Positions 8,123 through 18,746 of a DNA stretch of 47,029 bases are shown one piece after another. Positions within the stretch are counted from its first letter, which is position 1; every line of letters starts with the position of its first letter. The notes beneath the pieces were generated by a model that worked only from the letters and a program-made list of their open reading frames with translations, had not been told where the DNA came from and did not search any database. Source of the DNA: a bacterium (GTDB lineage: Bacteria; SM23-31); contig CBDFMG010000001.1 of assembly GCA_965249485.1 (NCBI GenBank), positions 1 to 47,029 on the forward strand. Direction: 5' to 3'. The translations under genes and the position numbers were made by a program.

Positions 8123-10225
8123 ATGTCTCAACAACTCCACGATATATTATCTGCTTTAAAGCTGGCTATCGGTCAGGATTTGTTTGTTAAAAAGGTACCG
8201 CAATTTATCTATGGAAACCTCCAGGAAAGTTATGGCCGGAGAGATTACCAACAAGAAGCATTTGGGCGCTTTGCTTTCTATTGGGAAGATTATCAGAATA
8301 AGCCAGAGGGAGCGCCCATTCAGTTGCTCTGCCACATGGCTACAGGTAGTGGTAAAACCCTCATCATGGCCGGGTTGATGTTATACCTGTATCAGCAGGG
8401 GTACCGCAACTTCCTGTTTTTTGTGAACAGCACCAACATCATTGACAAAACCCGAGACAATTTTCTCAACCCTTATTCCAGCAAGTACCTGTTTGCCGAT
8501 ACCGTTCAAATCGGTGACAAGCAGATCCGGATCAAGGAAGTAGATAATTTTTCGGCGGCTAACCAGAATAACATCAATATTGTTTTCTCTACTATTCAGG
8601 CGTTGCACATGAGGCTCAACACACCGAAGGAAAATACTATCACTACTGAAGATTTTGAGGACAAAAGAATTGTCCTCATTTCAGATGAAGCCCATCACAT
8701 CAGTGCTGAAACCAAGCTTAGGAATGATTTGACTCAGACTGAGCTATTTGAAAAAGCGAGCTGGGAGCAAACAGTAACAAAAATATTTAATGCCAATCGT
8801 GAAAATATTCTTTTGGAATTCACCGCCACTGTGGACTTACTACATCCTGAAATTGAGCGAAAATATCGGGATAAAATTATTTTTGATTATCCTCTTAGAG
8901 AGTTCCGGAAAGACGGTTATTCCAAAGAGGTAAAAGTCTTTCAAGCCGACCTGAATGATTTTGAACGGGCATTGCAGGCCGTTATCCTTAGTCAATTCAG
9001 GTTAAAGGTATTTGCAAAGCATGGGCAGTTGATCAAGACGGTTATTTTGTTTAAATCCCGTATCATTAAAGAAAGTGAGAAGTTCTATGAGGAATTTATT
9101 CAAAGATTGAAAAACCTCACAGCAAGGGATCTGGAAAAGATAAAGAACAACCCCAACCTTGATCCTGTTCTTCAAAACACCTTTCAATTCTTTGAAAAAA
9201 ACAGCATTACCCTTTCTAACCTTGCTGCCGAATTAAAAGAGGACTTTTCAGGGGATAAATGTATTTCCGTCAACAGCCAAAGCGAAAGTGAAGAAAAGCA
9301 AATAGCCATTAACTCACTGGAAGATAAGAATAACGAATACCGAGCAGTTTTTGTCGTGGACAAATTGAATGAAGGATGGGACGTGTTGAATCTCTTTGAT
9401 ATTGTCCGTCTATACAATACCCGTGATGCCAAAGCGGGCAAGGTGGGAAAAACAACCATGTCTGAAGCACAACTAATTGGTAGGGGAGCAAGGTATTGTC
9501 CTTTTCAAATCTCCATCGATCAACCACGATATCAACGCAAATATGACGTTAGGGATGAAGAAGAAGAACATGAAGTCAAAATCTGCGAGGAACTTTATTA
9601 CCACAGCGCCTACAATCCACGTTACATTGACGAGTTGCATACAGCTCTTGAAGAAATAGGTATTAAAGCCAAAGATGTAAGGCAGAGACAACTCAAATTG
9701 AAATTAAATTTTCAGAATACCCCTTTTTACAAGACTGGTTATGTGTTCATCAATGTGCAGAAGAAATACAACCGCGAGGATATTTTCGGTATCCCCGGAA
9801 GTTTTGTTGACGCCACCCACAAAATCCCGCTTGCTACTGGATTCACTAAAGCATCAATAGCGTTCGAGGAACAAGATAAGAGTTATATCAAAAAGGAACA
9901 GAAAGACTATCAGATACAGGATTTTGGGCAGCCGGTGATTCGAAAAGCATTGAATAAGCTTGAATTTTATCGCTTTTCAAATCTCAGGGAGCACTTGCCA
10001 AACCTGGAATCCATCACTCAATTCATTGTCGATAATAACTATTTGGGTAGCGTAAAGGTGGAAGTAGAGGGATCGGAAGAAACAGTAAACAATTTGACCC
10101 AGGAAAATAAGCTGGAGATAACTGTGAAGGTGTTAGAAAAACTTGCAACAACCTTGCAGTCAGAGAAGGTGGAGTACAAGGGAACCAAAGAATCCCAGCT
10201 GGCTCATCATGAAGCTGGAGGATGA
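8123..10225 (+). pseudogene. res: Type III R-M restriction subunit, C-terminally truncated at about 10194
   Basis: MATGSGKT, DEAHH, FTAT, LNEGWDV and QLIGRGAR helicase motifs are present; the last ~10 codons come from an unrelated mob duplicate and no C-terminal nuclease domain is seen. Confidence 0.85.
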
Positions 10226-10828
10226 GCCTTCCAGACCAGGCCGCAGACAAAAGCCAAAAACCAAAGGCAGACCAGCCGCCCCTCACAAGCCAGAGTCTGG
10301 ATGAAACAAACAAAATCAAACGGAAGATCTCTGAGTCTCTAGACTACCTTATCAGAGATCTCAAAGAACAATCCATGGAAAAAAGCGGATCTCTCTCATC
10401 ATAGACAAACCCGCCTTTATACAATTTGAATTGTCAGTGAAAAACCTGGCCAGGTTCCGGTAATGTTTGTCAGAGTTCATACACCCCTGAAGACTACCGG
10501 GGGCAGCAACAAAGGTTCATCGGCCACCCTGCTGGGTTACCTGTCAAAAGAGGACAAGGACAAAACCATAATTGAACGCACAGGATTTTTCACACAATCA
10601 GAGAAGCTGCTTACCGAGAGCAGAGCCACGGCCATCATTGATGGCAACAATAAAAATCTAGGAACCAGTGATTATAAATTCTATATGGTTTCGATCAGCC
10701 CCCGGCGAGAAGGAACAACACCACCTTTCAGGCGGCAAAACCGTCAGTGAAATGAACCATCAAGAGCGCAAGGCATTTGAAGCTCAACTCATGCAATATA
10801 CTCATCGTGCCATGGATGAATATGCCAG
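10195..10828 (+). pseudogene. Partial, frameshifted duplicate of the mob region 23902-24496
   Basis: Near-identical DNA (MSLPDQ... and MFVRVHTPLK...) with frameshifts and a 36-bp segment absent from the other copy. Confidence 0.85.
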
Positions 10829-10883
10829 GATCCTAACAGAAATTTCAGGAGGCTTTTGTAATTTTAACCAAAATCAGTTTATA

Positions 10884-11328
10884 ATGCGATTTTGGATTTT
10901 TTGTCTCCTCCTATATTTGCCAACTCACTTGGTGGGTCAGGAAAGTGCTGAAGAAGGTGATCCTACTATCAGTGCAGCATACCTGGAGATTGGTGGCAAC
11001 GGGGGTGGATATTCTTTCAATTACGATCGTATTTTTTACAGCAAAGGCAATTCACTACTTGCCTATAGGATTGGTCTATCTTTTTTCCCGGGGAACGCAC
11101 AACAGGGAAATAAAATAGGGGTTCTTGTTCCTATTGAGCTGAATTATTTAAACGGCCGATCTCCATGGAAGATGGAGGTTGGGCTTGGATATTCTCCAAA
11201 CACCATTTATAACAGAACTTCTAAAGGGAACCTTGAATTCGGAGTTGATCATCTATTATTCGCAAGGTTTGGTTATAGATACCAAAAACCCACTAAAGGC
11301 TTCCTATTCAGAATAGCATTCACTCCGG
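10884..11328 (+). pseudogene. Bacteroidota outer-membrane beta-barrel-like protein, 3'-truncated
   Basis: Signal peptide MRFWIFCLLL, then AYLEIGGNGGGYSFNYDR...FGYRYQKP.KGFLFRIAFTP, then joins unrelated DNA. Confidence 0.55.
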
Positions 11329-11331
11329 CCC

Positions 11332-12408
11332 AATGGCCCAACGGAAGTTTGTCCAGGTTCCACACAAACGTGGTCGGCAGGAGTATCCGGTTACCCTATT
11401 TGTTCTTACAATTGGAATATTACCAGGAATGGTGTTCCACTACCAGGAATTGTTAATAATATTGGTTCAAGCTTCACCTATACTTTTGGCCAATTTCAAG
11501 ATGATGTGGTCGTCTCTTGTGCTATAACCGGTGGACTTTTACCTTACCCTTGCTTTGGTGGCGATGTTGATACGCATAATGTAAAAGTTACCTTGAAGAA
11601 TCCGGGGCCAATTTCCGGCCCCACACCAATTTGTAACGGACAGACTAGAACTTACTTTGTTCCTCTGTTTCAAAATGGTGCTGAGGACTGCGAGTTTCAT
11701 CACCAATATCTATGGACCGTTCCCTCGGGTTGGCTAGTTAACGGTCAGGCCAGCTATCAGGGAACCAACGTGGTCTCGATAAAGGCACCGAACACAGGAT
11801 CTGGATCTGGAACAATTAAGGTTAAAGGTGTTTTGCACCAAGCAGGTGATACACCTGAAGCTAGTTTATCGGTTACTTTGGATGTACCCTCTGCTTCCTC
11901 AGTAAGCATATCCGGCCCGGTAGCCCCATGTGCAGGTTCATCCAACACCTATACAGCTAATGCTCCTGGCAATCCATCCGACTATTCCTATACCTGGACT
12001 TATCCCAGTGGGTGGGTTAAGCTTTGGCAGATCCAAAATCAAATAAGATTGCGAACTCCCTCGTCCGGTGGATGGGGCAGTTTGGATGTAAATCTCTCCA
12101 ACGCCTGTGGAAGCTCTGGCTTTTCTGGAATAACAGTTTTTCCAACATCATGCGGTTACTTCTCTGTTTATCCGAATCCTGCTAGTGACTTTATCCAGAT
12201 TGAATATATTTCTGAAGAATTAAAGTCCCAAGTCCAATTAGAAGAATACTCGGCAGAACTGTTTGACAAGAACGGGGAAGCTAAAAGATCTGTAAAAACA
12301 TCAAAGAAACAATTGCGCCTGAACATAGCAAATTTACCAAGGGGACTGTACTATTTGAAGATCAACCTGGGAAAGAAACTGGAAAATTTTAGAATCTTGA
12401 TCGAATAG
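11332..12408 (+). CDS. T9SS type A sorting-domain protein with PKD/Ig-like repeats; 5' end and signal peptide lost
   Basis: The frame is open upstream of 11506 (NGPTEVCPGSTQTWSA...); ISGPxxxC and YTWTYPSGW repeats; CTD FSVYPNPASD...LPRGLYYLKI...RILIE. Confidence 0.75.
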   Translation, partial: NGPTEVCPGSTQTWSAGVSGYPICSYNWNITRNGVPLPGIVNNIGSSFTYTFGQFQDDVVVSCAITGGLLPYPCFGGDVDTHNVKVTLKNPGPISGPTPICNGQTRTYFVPLFQNGAEDCEFHHQYLWTVPSGWLVNGQASYQGTNVVSIKAPNTGSGSGTIKVKGVLHQAGDTPEASLSVTLDVPSASSVSISGPVAPCAGSSNTYTANAPGNPSDYSYTWTYPSGWVKLWQIQNQIRLRTPSSGGWGSLDVNLSNACGSSGFSGITVFPTSCGYFSVYPNPASDFIQIEYISEELKSQVQLEEYSAELFDKNGEAKRSVKTSKKQLRLNIANLPRGLYYLKINLGKKLENFRILIE

Positions 12409-12467
12409 AAGTCTGACTACTCGCAATGGACAATCATTAACGCTAAAATAACGTTACCAAATCAAGG

Positions 12468-12501
12468 GCCCATTAAATGTTTTAACTTAATGGGCTTTTT
12501 T
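12468..12501 (+). terminator. Intrinsic terminator
   Basis: GCCCATTAA/TTAATGGGC stem followed by TTTTTT. Confidence 0.7.
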
Positions 12502-12512
12502 GATGAGCGCAC

Positions 12513-15182
12513 ATGAAGTTATTGAAACTTTTATTTTTGATCCCAATCTCATTTTGTTATGCACAGAAGGAGGCTAATGTCTGGTATTTCGGAAACCAGG
12601 CCGGGTTGGATTTTAATGTTGATCCTCCAAAGACATTACTTGACGGTACTTTGGTCTCGAACGAAGCATCTGCAATAATATCCAACCAGGAGGGTGAGCT
12701 AATATTCTACACCAACGGAGAAACAGTGTGGAACAAAAATCATAATGTTATGTCGAATGGCTCAGATTTAGGCGGAAACAATTCAGCCCAACAAGGAGCC
12801 ATCATAGTCCCCAAGCCACGCAGCAACAATCTTTACTACATTTTCACCACTGAGGCTTTTGAAGGAGGGTCCGACAACGGATTAATGTACTCATTGGTAG
12901 ATATCAATCTCAATAATGGAGATGGTGAAATTATACAGAAGAACGTCCAGCTACACACCCCAAGTTCCGAGAGTTTAGATGCCGTAGGCTCCTGTCGGCA
13001 GGGTGAAAGTGATTTCTATTGGGTGGTTGCCGGCAAAAAAGACGAAAGCGATGCATTGTTTGCGTATCAAATAGATCAAAATGGGGTAAATCCCAATCCG
13101 GTTGTTTCTATCTTTCAGAATAGAGGTGAGGTGAATTATTTGAAGTTTTCACCTTCAGCCAATAAGGTTGCCTTTGTAGACAGGGACTTTCGAAGCGATG
13201 CGGAGCAGGCTATGCTAGTTATAGGAGATTTTGACTTTGAAACAGGCATGATCTCTAATTTCAAGTATATCGATATCCAACCTAATTTCGTCTTTAATCA
13301 ACTTGAGTTCTCAGGTGATGGCAGCTTCCTGTATGTGACCAGCGGGGGAAGTATTCTACAATTTAATGTGTCATCCGAGGTGGGTATTCCATCTTCATCG
13401 GTCGAGGTAGTTGATCCAATCCTTGGGGATCTACAATTGGCTCCTGATGGTAAGATATATGTAGTAACAGGATTCGGTGAGTTCTTATCCGTCATCGAGG
13501 ACCCTAACCAACTGGGGCTTGCTGGAAACTTCAAAGCGGATGCAATATTTCTGGGTGGACTGACCGTGAATCTCGGGCTGCCGAAATTTGTCTCAAGCTT
13601 TTTATACAATGGGATAACAGTCAATGCCGGAGCCGATACCACAATATGTTCGGATCAATCGATTATCCTGGGAGCAACTCCTCAGGAGGGGATATCTTAT
13701 CAATGGGATCCAGCGGATTATTTAAGCGACTCTCAATCAGCTCAGCCAACATTTCAATTCAATAACTTAACAGGTGAAAATCAAGAGTTCCATTTTTTCG
13801 CAACCGCCTTCAACCAGTTTTGTAGTAAGCAGGATTCTGTAACCATAGTAGTTTATCCCGGGCAAGAGAATTCAATAAGTGGAAGTAGATCGGTATGCCC
13901 AGGCGTGGAGGAAGTTGGTTACTGGCTTAACCCAACAACAGGGTTTAATTACGAATGGGCTGTGAGTGGCGGAGAGATAGCTGGAGAAGAGACTGGTCAC
14001 GTCATAAAAATTAATTGGGGACCGACCAATCCCGATGCATACGTTCAAGTCATAACCGCAAATGAATTTGGTTGTCCTCAAGATAGCATTCACTTCGATG
14101 TTCGTATAAATGTTGTTTTAGAGACAGAAACTCCCAGGGGCAAAGAGGAAGTATGCTCTAATTTGGCAAGCAACACTAACTATTCGATAACAAACACAAA
14201 CGGGTCAATCTATCACTGGGGTGTAGATAGAGGTCAAATCTTAACCGGGCAGGGCACAAACGAAGTGGTGGTTGACTGGGAAGGATTGGGAAAAAAGAAG
14301 ATTTGGGTCCAGGAAGAAAGCATAACGATAGATACAGTGTGCCATGGTGTATCGGATACCTTAGAAATCTTGGTTTTCCTGGATTCAACTGAGATCAATA
14401 TAGACTACGTGAGTATTGATGGAGATTTTGTAGACATCATATGGGACTATAAAAACGTTGAAGGTTTATCGGATGAAATAGAAGTTCTCAGGAGCACCGC
14501 AAACGTCGATGACTGGCAAGTTGTGGCGACAATTCCTAAGGAATCTACATCCTTCCGGGATAATCCAGCCACCGATCAGGAGGCGATTATTGAATACAGG
14601 ATTCAAGGCACTAGCTCTTGTGAACAAGAAATTCGTTCCACCCCCCACAATACTATTTTACTTGATGGTGAAAAAGATGAGGAGGAGAATAGTATCTATT
14701 TGGAGTGGAATCCATACAAAAATTGGCGCCATGGAGTAAAGTACTATGAGATTTGGAGAAACCTGGATGATCAAGTTGATAACAAGAAAATTAAATCAAC
14801 TGGTCCAGATGTTACCGCATTATCCTTGAGCAACGCCCTGGATGGTTTTGTTCATCGGTTTCGAATCAAAGCCGTTGAAGAGTTAACCAATCATGCCTCG
14901 TGGTCAAATGAAGCAGTCATTTCCTTCGATCATGAGATAATGATCCCGAATGTCATTACTCCCAATGGCGATGACATAAATGACACGTTTGAAATACAAG
15001 ATTTGGAGGCTTATGAAGAAAACTTGTTGAAAATCTTCAACCGTTATGGTGACCTGGTTTTTACCCAGAGGAATTATCGAAGTGGTTGGAGCGGGGCTGG
15101 CCTGTCTCCAGGGGTCTACTACTATGAATTTCTGCTCGACTTACAACAGAGACTTCATGGTTGGCTTCAAATCATAAGATGA
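12513..15182 (+). CDS. T9SS type B (gliding-motility-associated C-terminal domain) surface protein with beta-propeller and Ig-like domains
   Basis: Signal peptide, ANVWYFGNQAGLDF N-terminus and CTD IPNVITPNGDDINDTF...IFNRYG...GVYYY...GWLQIIR. Confidence 0.9.
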   Translation: MKLLKLLFLIPISFCYAQKEANVWYFGNQAGLDFNVDPPKTLLDGTLVSNEASAIISNQEGELIFYTNGETVWNKNHNVMSNGSDLGGNNSAQQGAIIVPKPRSNNLYYIFTTEAFEGGSDNGLMYSLVDINLNNGDGEIIQKNVQLHTPSSESLDAVGSCRQGESDFYWVVAGKKDESDALFAYQIDQNGVNPNPVVSIFQNRGEVNYLKFSPSANKVAFVDRDFRSDAEQAMLVIGDFDFETGMISNFKYIDIQPNFVFNQLEFSGDGSFLYVTSGGSILQFNVSSEVGIPSSSVEVVDPILGDLQLAPDGKIYVVTGFGEFLSVIEDPNQLGLAGNFKADAIFLGGLTVNLGLPKFVSSFLYNGITVNAGADTTICSDQSIILGATPQEGISYQWDPADYLSDSQSAQPTFQFNNLTGENQEFHFFATAFNQFCSKQDSVTIVVYPGQENSISGSRSVCPGVEEVGYWLNPTTGFNYEWAVSGGEIAGEETGHVIKINWGPTNPDAYVQVITANEFGCPQDSIHFDVRINVVLETETPRGKEEVCSNLASNTNYSITNTNGSIYHWGVDRGQILTGQGTNEVVVDWEGLGKKKIWVQEESITIDTVCHGVSDTLEILVFLDSTEINIDYVSIDGDFVDIIWDYKNVEGLSDEIEVLRSTANVDDWQVVATIPKESTSFRDNPATDQEAIIEYRIQGTSSCEQEIRSTPHNTILLDGEKDEEENSIYLEWNPYKNWRHGVKYYEIWRNLDDQVDNKKIKSTGPDVTALSLSNALDGFVHRFRIKAVEELTNHASWSNEAVISFDHEIMIPNVITPNGDDINDTFEIQDLEAYEENLLKIFNRYGDLVFTQRNYRSGWSGAGLSPGVYYYEFLLDLQQRLHGWLQIIR

Positions 15183-15271
15183 TTTTTGGTTATAATAATA
15201 AGTATCTCGGCTCAGAACACCTTAAACTTATTTATAAAAAACAAGTATGAATTAGTGGACTAAAAGTAGGT

Positions 15272-16218
15272 TTAATCAGGAATGAGCGGACAGCCAATGC
15301 CCGAAACCACAACCAGCTTCACGGTCCAGCTGCTGCTGGCGGACAGCCCTGACCAGGTCAGGGCTCCTATGCGCCAAAAGATGCTGTCTGCCTTCAGATC
15401 AAAGACCATGTCGCGGGCCGGTTCGATAATGCGCTTTTTTACCTGGTAGTGGCTGAGCTCGGGATGCTCCGACCAAAAATTTGCGATCATCCCGGCTGCT
15501 AGGGCAGCCGAGTTGGAAGTTCCGGCGCTGTACAGATTGCCATAGAAGAGCCACCCGGGAACAACAATATCAAGGCTGCGGCCATCGTATGAAATGTCAT
15601 GGAAGTGCGACAAAAGCCCCGGCAAAATCGCCCCGACCTGGATCACGGTCGGATGATTGGTCACCGTGTTGTAATGGGCTTTTTCCAGGCTTGTTTGGGT
15701 TCCCTGATTTTTGTTTCCTGCCGCTCCTACAACCAGCACCCCCCCTCCCAGGCGTATTGCAAGGCTGGGGCAACTCCGGTTCATACCACAATCTAAAATA
15801 CTCATCTATCAAATCGGGTATCGTAATAAAAATCGTATCCATAACGATCATCGACATAACCGTTGCCATCATCGTCTATCCCGTTCCCGTAAATTTCATC
15901 CTCGTTTTCCCAACGGCGACCGTCAAGATCACGATGATACTTTATCACTAATTCACCTAATTCACCGTCATCATCTCGTTCCCGGTATTCAAATCCCTGC
16001 CCCAGTCCGGTATCGACAATGGCAACAATCATCTCCTCGCTGCCGTAGTACTTTCTCTCAAAAGCATACTTCAATCCTATGTCCCGCCCTGTCAGGTTGC
16101 TGTCCAGCGAGCAGAACTCTGGCTTGAATCGCTCGTCGTAGTAATACGCCCCGTGCCTTCCCCGGATCAAGATCATAAGAGGCAACCGATTTTCCCGACG
16201 TGCGTGCCCTGGGCCCCT
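15272..16218 (-). pseudogene. S8 (subtilase) peptidase fragments, frameshifted and internally deleted
   Basis: VAIVDTG, NGIDDDGNGYVDD, VVGAAGN and AGTSNSAA are spread over different frames; the His motif region is missing. Confidence 0.75.
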
Positions 16219-16224
16219 AGCTAA

Positions 16225-16755
16225 TCCACGCTATTGGAAACAGTATGCGCGTAAATTGCGTATCGCACAGCGTTCCTGGCCCGTAAACGGAAACAGAGCA
16301 GCAACTACCAAAAGCAAAAGCAGGTGATAGCCCGCCTTTATCAGAAACTACGCCGCACCCGCACAGATTTCCAACACAAGCTCTCCACCGGGCTGATCAC
16401 AGAACATCAGCTCATCGCCATCGAGGATCTGCGCATCAACAATATGAGGGGTTCGGCTAAAGGATTCTGTCGAAAAACCGGGAATAAATGTTGCTGCCAA
16501 AGCCGGGTTGAACAGGGCCTTGCTCGATGTTTCTATCGGAGCGTTTTTCAACAAACTGGAGTATAAAGCTGCCCTGGTACGGACGTGAGTTGGTCCGTGT
16601 AGATCCTGCCTACACCAGCCAGCAGTGCCACCGCTGCGAACATGTGGAGAGCGCCAATCGAAAAGGCTCACGCTTTGCCTGTAACAGGTGCGGGCTTAGC
16701 GAGGATGCCGATGTGAATGCGGCGAAAAATATCCTGGCCAGGGCAATGGCCGGGG
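16225..16755 (+). pseudogene. tnpB: IS200/IS605 TnpB C-terminal fragment, frameshifted
   Basis: DFQHKLST...IAIEDL, KAGLNRALLD, VDPAYTSQQCHRC...FACNRCG..DADVNAAKNI, read across frameshifts. Confidence 0.85.
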
Positions 16756-16829
16756 GGTTGTGGACCAGAATCGGAAAAAGTGGCTCAGAGCGCCTTGAAA
16801 TAGCCCGGAGGGGGGCAGTTCTTTCTAAA

Positions 16830-16877
16830 TCAGAACAGTTTCAGGGCACCCAGCAGCAGAGAAAGGGCAACAAACAT
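16830..16877 (-). pseudogene. C-terminal fragment of the DUF1640 gene
   Basis: Encodes MFVALSLLLGALKLF*, as in the full copies. Confidence 0.8.
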
Positions 16878-16914
16878 AGTGACCCTGAGTTGACAGGCAG
16901 GAAATCATGTTTAT

Positions 16915-17898
16915 TCATGGTAACTCTTGCCCTGTTCCTTTTGCCTGCACCTGTCTTCTGAAGGCACCAATCACATACCCGACAGGGTTTCGGGCTTCAC
17001 TGGCCTTTCGCAGAATTTTCTGAATTTCGTGGAACTCTATTTTTTCCGCTTTCGCAAGCAATTCACGATGGGGTTTCCAGGTGTGACTATCGGTGTCCAG
17101 GGCGCGGTTCAGAATGTCCAGGAACTCTCTTGAAACATCCCACCGAAGGGATGTTTTTTTCTTTACAGAGTCGTCAAATTCGGGGCGGTAATGGACCCTG
17201 AATTTTATGTGCGTGAACGCTCTTCCGGTCTTGACCGGTTCGTAGGTGAACCAGTAAGGAGCCTTGCTTTTCTCAAGTTCCTTTTGGGGAGGGTCAATGA
17301 CTTTTTTAATGAAATCTTTTGTCAGAGCATATCTATTTTCCAACATGAACATTTGACGGAGCTTGTCCAGGCTGTAGGTAATGGATGGCATTTTGTTTTT
17401 ACTGATCAGCTCGTAAAACCGCATTGTGTACTGGCTGCGAAAATTAAAAGCAACTTGCAATTCATACTGGGTATAACCTCTGGAAAAATCCAGTAAAGCA
17501 GAATAAATTGTTGAATGAATAAGGAACTTGACCATTCCTGAACGATCTACAATTTTTGGCATTTCTATAATGGAGAAAATTTCCAATCCTTCCGAGGTGT
17601 CTTCAATTTTCCTTGCCTCCAATTTTCTAAATGCATTTTTGACTCGCGTATAGTGTTCGTCTTCACTTTCAGAGCGCAAGAACATTGACACGGGCATAGT
17701 AATCCATTTGTGATTGAACAAGTCTGGTTCGATGGTGATCCCCTGCCCAATTGGCTGCCCTTTCAATTCCGCCTGGATTAACTCTACGATTCGGTATAAA
17801 ATCCGTTTTTCGTATACGGAAAAATCATACCGGGCAGAGGTTACAATGTAACTCTGCGTGACCTCTTTCGGAGTTTCATTGATAGTGCGTCTGCCCAT
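16915..17898 (-). CDS. Plasmid replication initiator, Rep_3/RepB family (Rep2)
   Basis: QSYIVTSARYDFSVYEKRILY, GYTQYEL..F.S.YTMRFYELI, LDKLRQMF and YEPVKTGR.F.HIKF. Confidence 0.9.
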   Translation of the reverse strand: MGRRTINETPKEVTQSYIVTSARYDFSVYEKRILYRIVELIQAELKGQPIGQGITIEPDLFNHKWITMPVSMFLRSESEDEHYTRVKNAFRKLEARKIEDTSEGLEIFSIIEMPKIVDRSGMVKFLIHSTIYSALLDFSRGYTQYELQVAFNFRSQYTMRFYELISKNKMPSITYSLDKLRQMFMLENRYALTKDFIKKVIDPPQKELEKSKAPYWFTYEPVKTGRAFTHIKFRVHYRPEFDDSVKKKTSLRWDVSREFLDILNRALDTDSHTWKPHRELLAKAEKIEFHEIQKILRKASEARNPVGYVIGAFRRQVQAKGTGQELP

Positions 17899-17944
17899 AA
17901 TTGATGCAAGTATACAATAAATAAGGACTTTAGGTTATAAAAAA

Positions 17945-18227
17945 CCTTTTTAACATCCAAAAAGTCCCAGTTCGTGTTATAAAACTTAAAGTAACTCATT
18001 GATCTAAAGACACTTACATCACTTTGTTCGAAACCGATAAACATATGATATATTATGTTTTAAGATAAACATGAAAAAGAAATCGTTAACTATCTGATTG
18101 CAAGCAGGTTAATAGTTTTCTTCCCCTGAACATTTATTACAGTTCAATTTGTGTTTTCAATGTTTATCCACATTTCTTTTCAGTTTTTTTTACAACCGGA
18201 AAAGAAATTCCAGCCGCACAAACAGCT
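17945..18227. other. Putative origin B, with GATAAACAT repeats and a DnaA box
   Basis: Perfect TTATCCACA at 18164-18172; GATAAACAT twice with an inverted ATGTTT; homologous copy at 43980-44230. Confidence 0.6.
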
Positions 18228-18520
18228 AAAACATGGAGAAAAATCTCTTCCGAAAATCGATTTTTCACTTTTTCCTATTGGCCCCCCCCACAATCCCAAT
18301 TTGGCCGGCTCCTGCCGCTCCGTCTCCCGCAAGGCCCGTACACACGGAGCCCCGGCCAGCTTTCGATTTAAGGGAAAAGAAATAAAAAATGGTTAGAGGG
18401 ATGGCAGGCGGGGCCTGTGGGCCCCAGAAACCGCCCTCTGAGAGGAGATCTCTGCTGCGGGGTAGTTTGTTTACCAGAAGCGGGAGATACTCGCTCAGAG
18501 CGCCCCCAAATGGGCCGGAT
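18228..18520. repeat. Backbone element C1, copy 2
   Basis: Aligns with 1927-2347 and 34151-34450. Confidence 0.85.
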
Positions 18521-18604
18521 TTTTATTGAATCAGTTCCTCCAGAAAAAAAAAGGGGTGTTTCTCCTCTCTTGCCCTTTTTTTCTTCAATTTAGTAACTTT
18601 AGTT

Positions 18605-18683
18605 TGGGGCAACGCGTGAATTGTTCCCGGGCTCTGGGAACCGCTCAGCGGAAGGGAGCCTTCACAAAGGGCTCCCTTTTTTT
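18605..18683 (+). ncRNA. Candidate ~80-nt small RNA
   Basis: TTG-N21-TAACTTTA promoter-like sequence at 18570-18601, two hairpins and a strong terminator AGGGAGCC/GGCTCCCT-T7. Confidence 0.4.
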
Positions 18684-18746
18684 GGTCACACGCCCCGCGC
18701 CCGTCGCCTTGTTCCTTTCAAGTTGCCTGGGCGCCTGGTCTGATAT

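Noticed and set aside
18037..18065. Third dif-like site (GATAAACATAT-GATATA-TTATGTTTTAA)
   Set aside because: Poor XerD arm that is not conserved in the paralog at 44041-44070; more likely a Rep operator inverted repeat.
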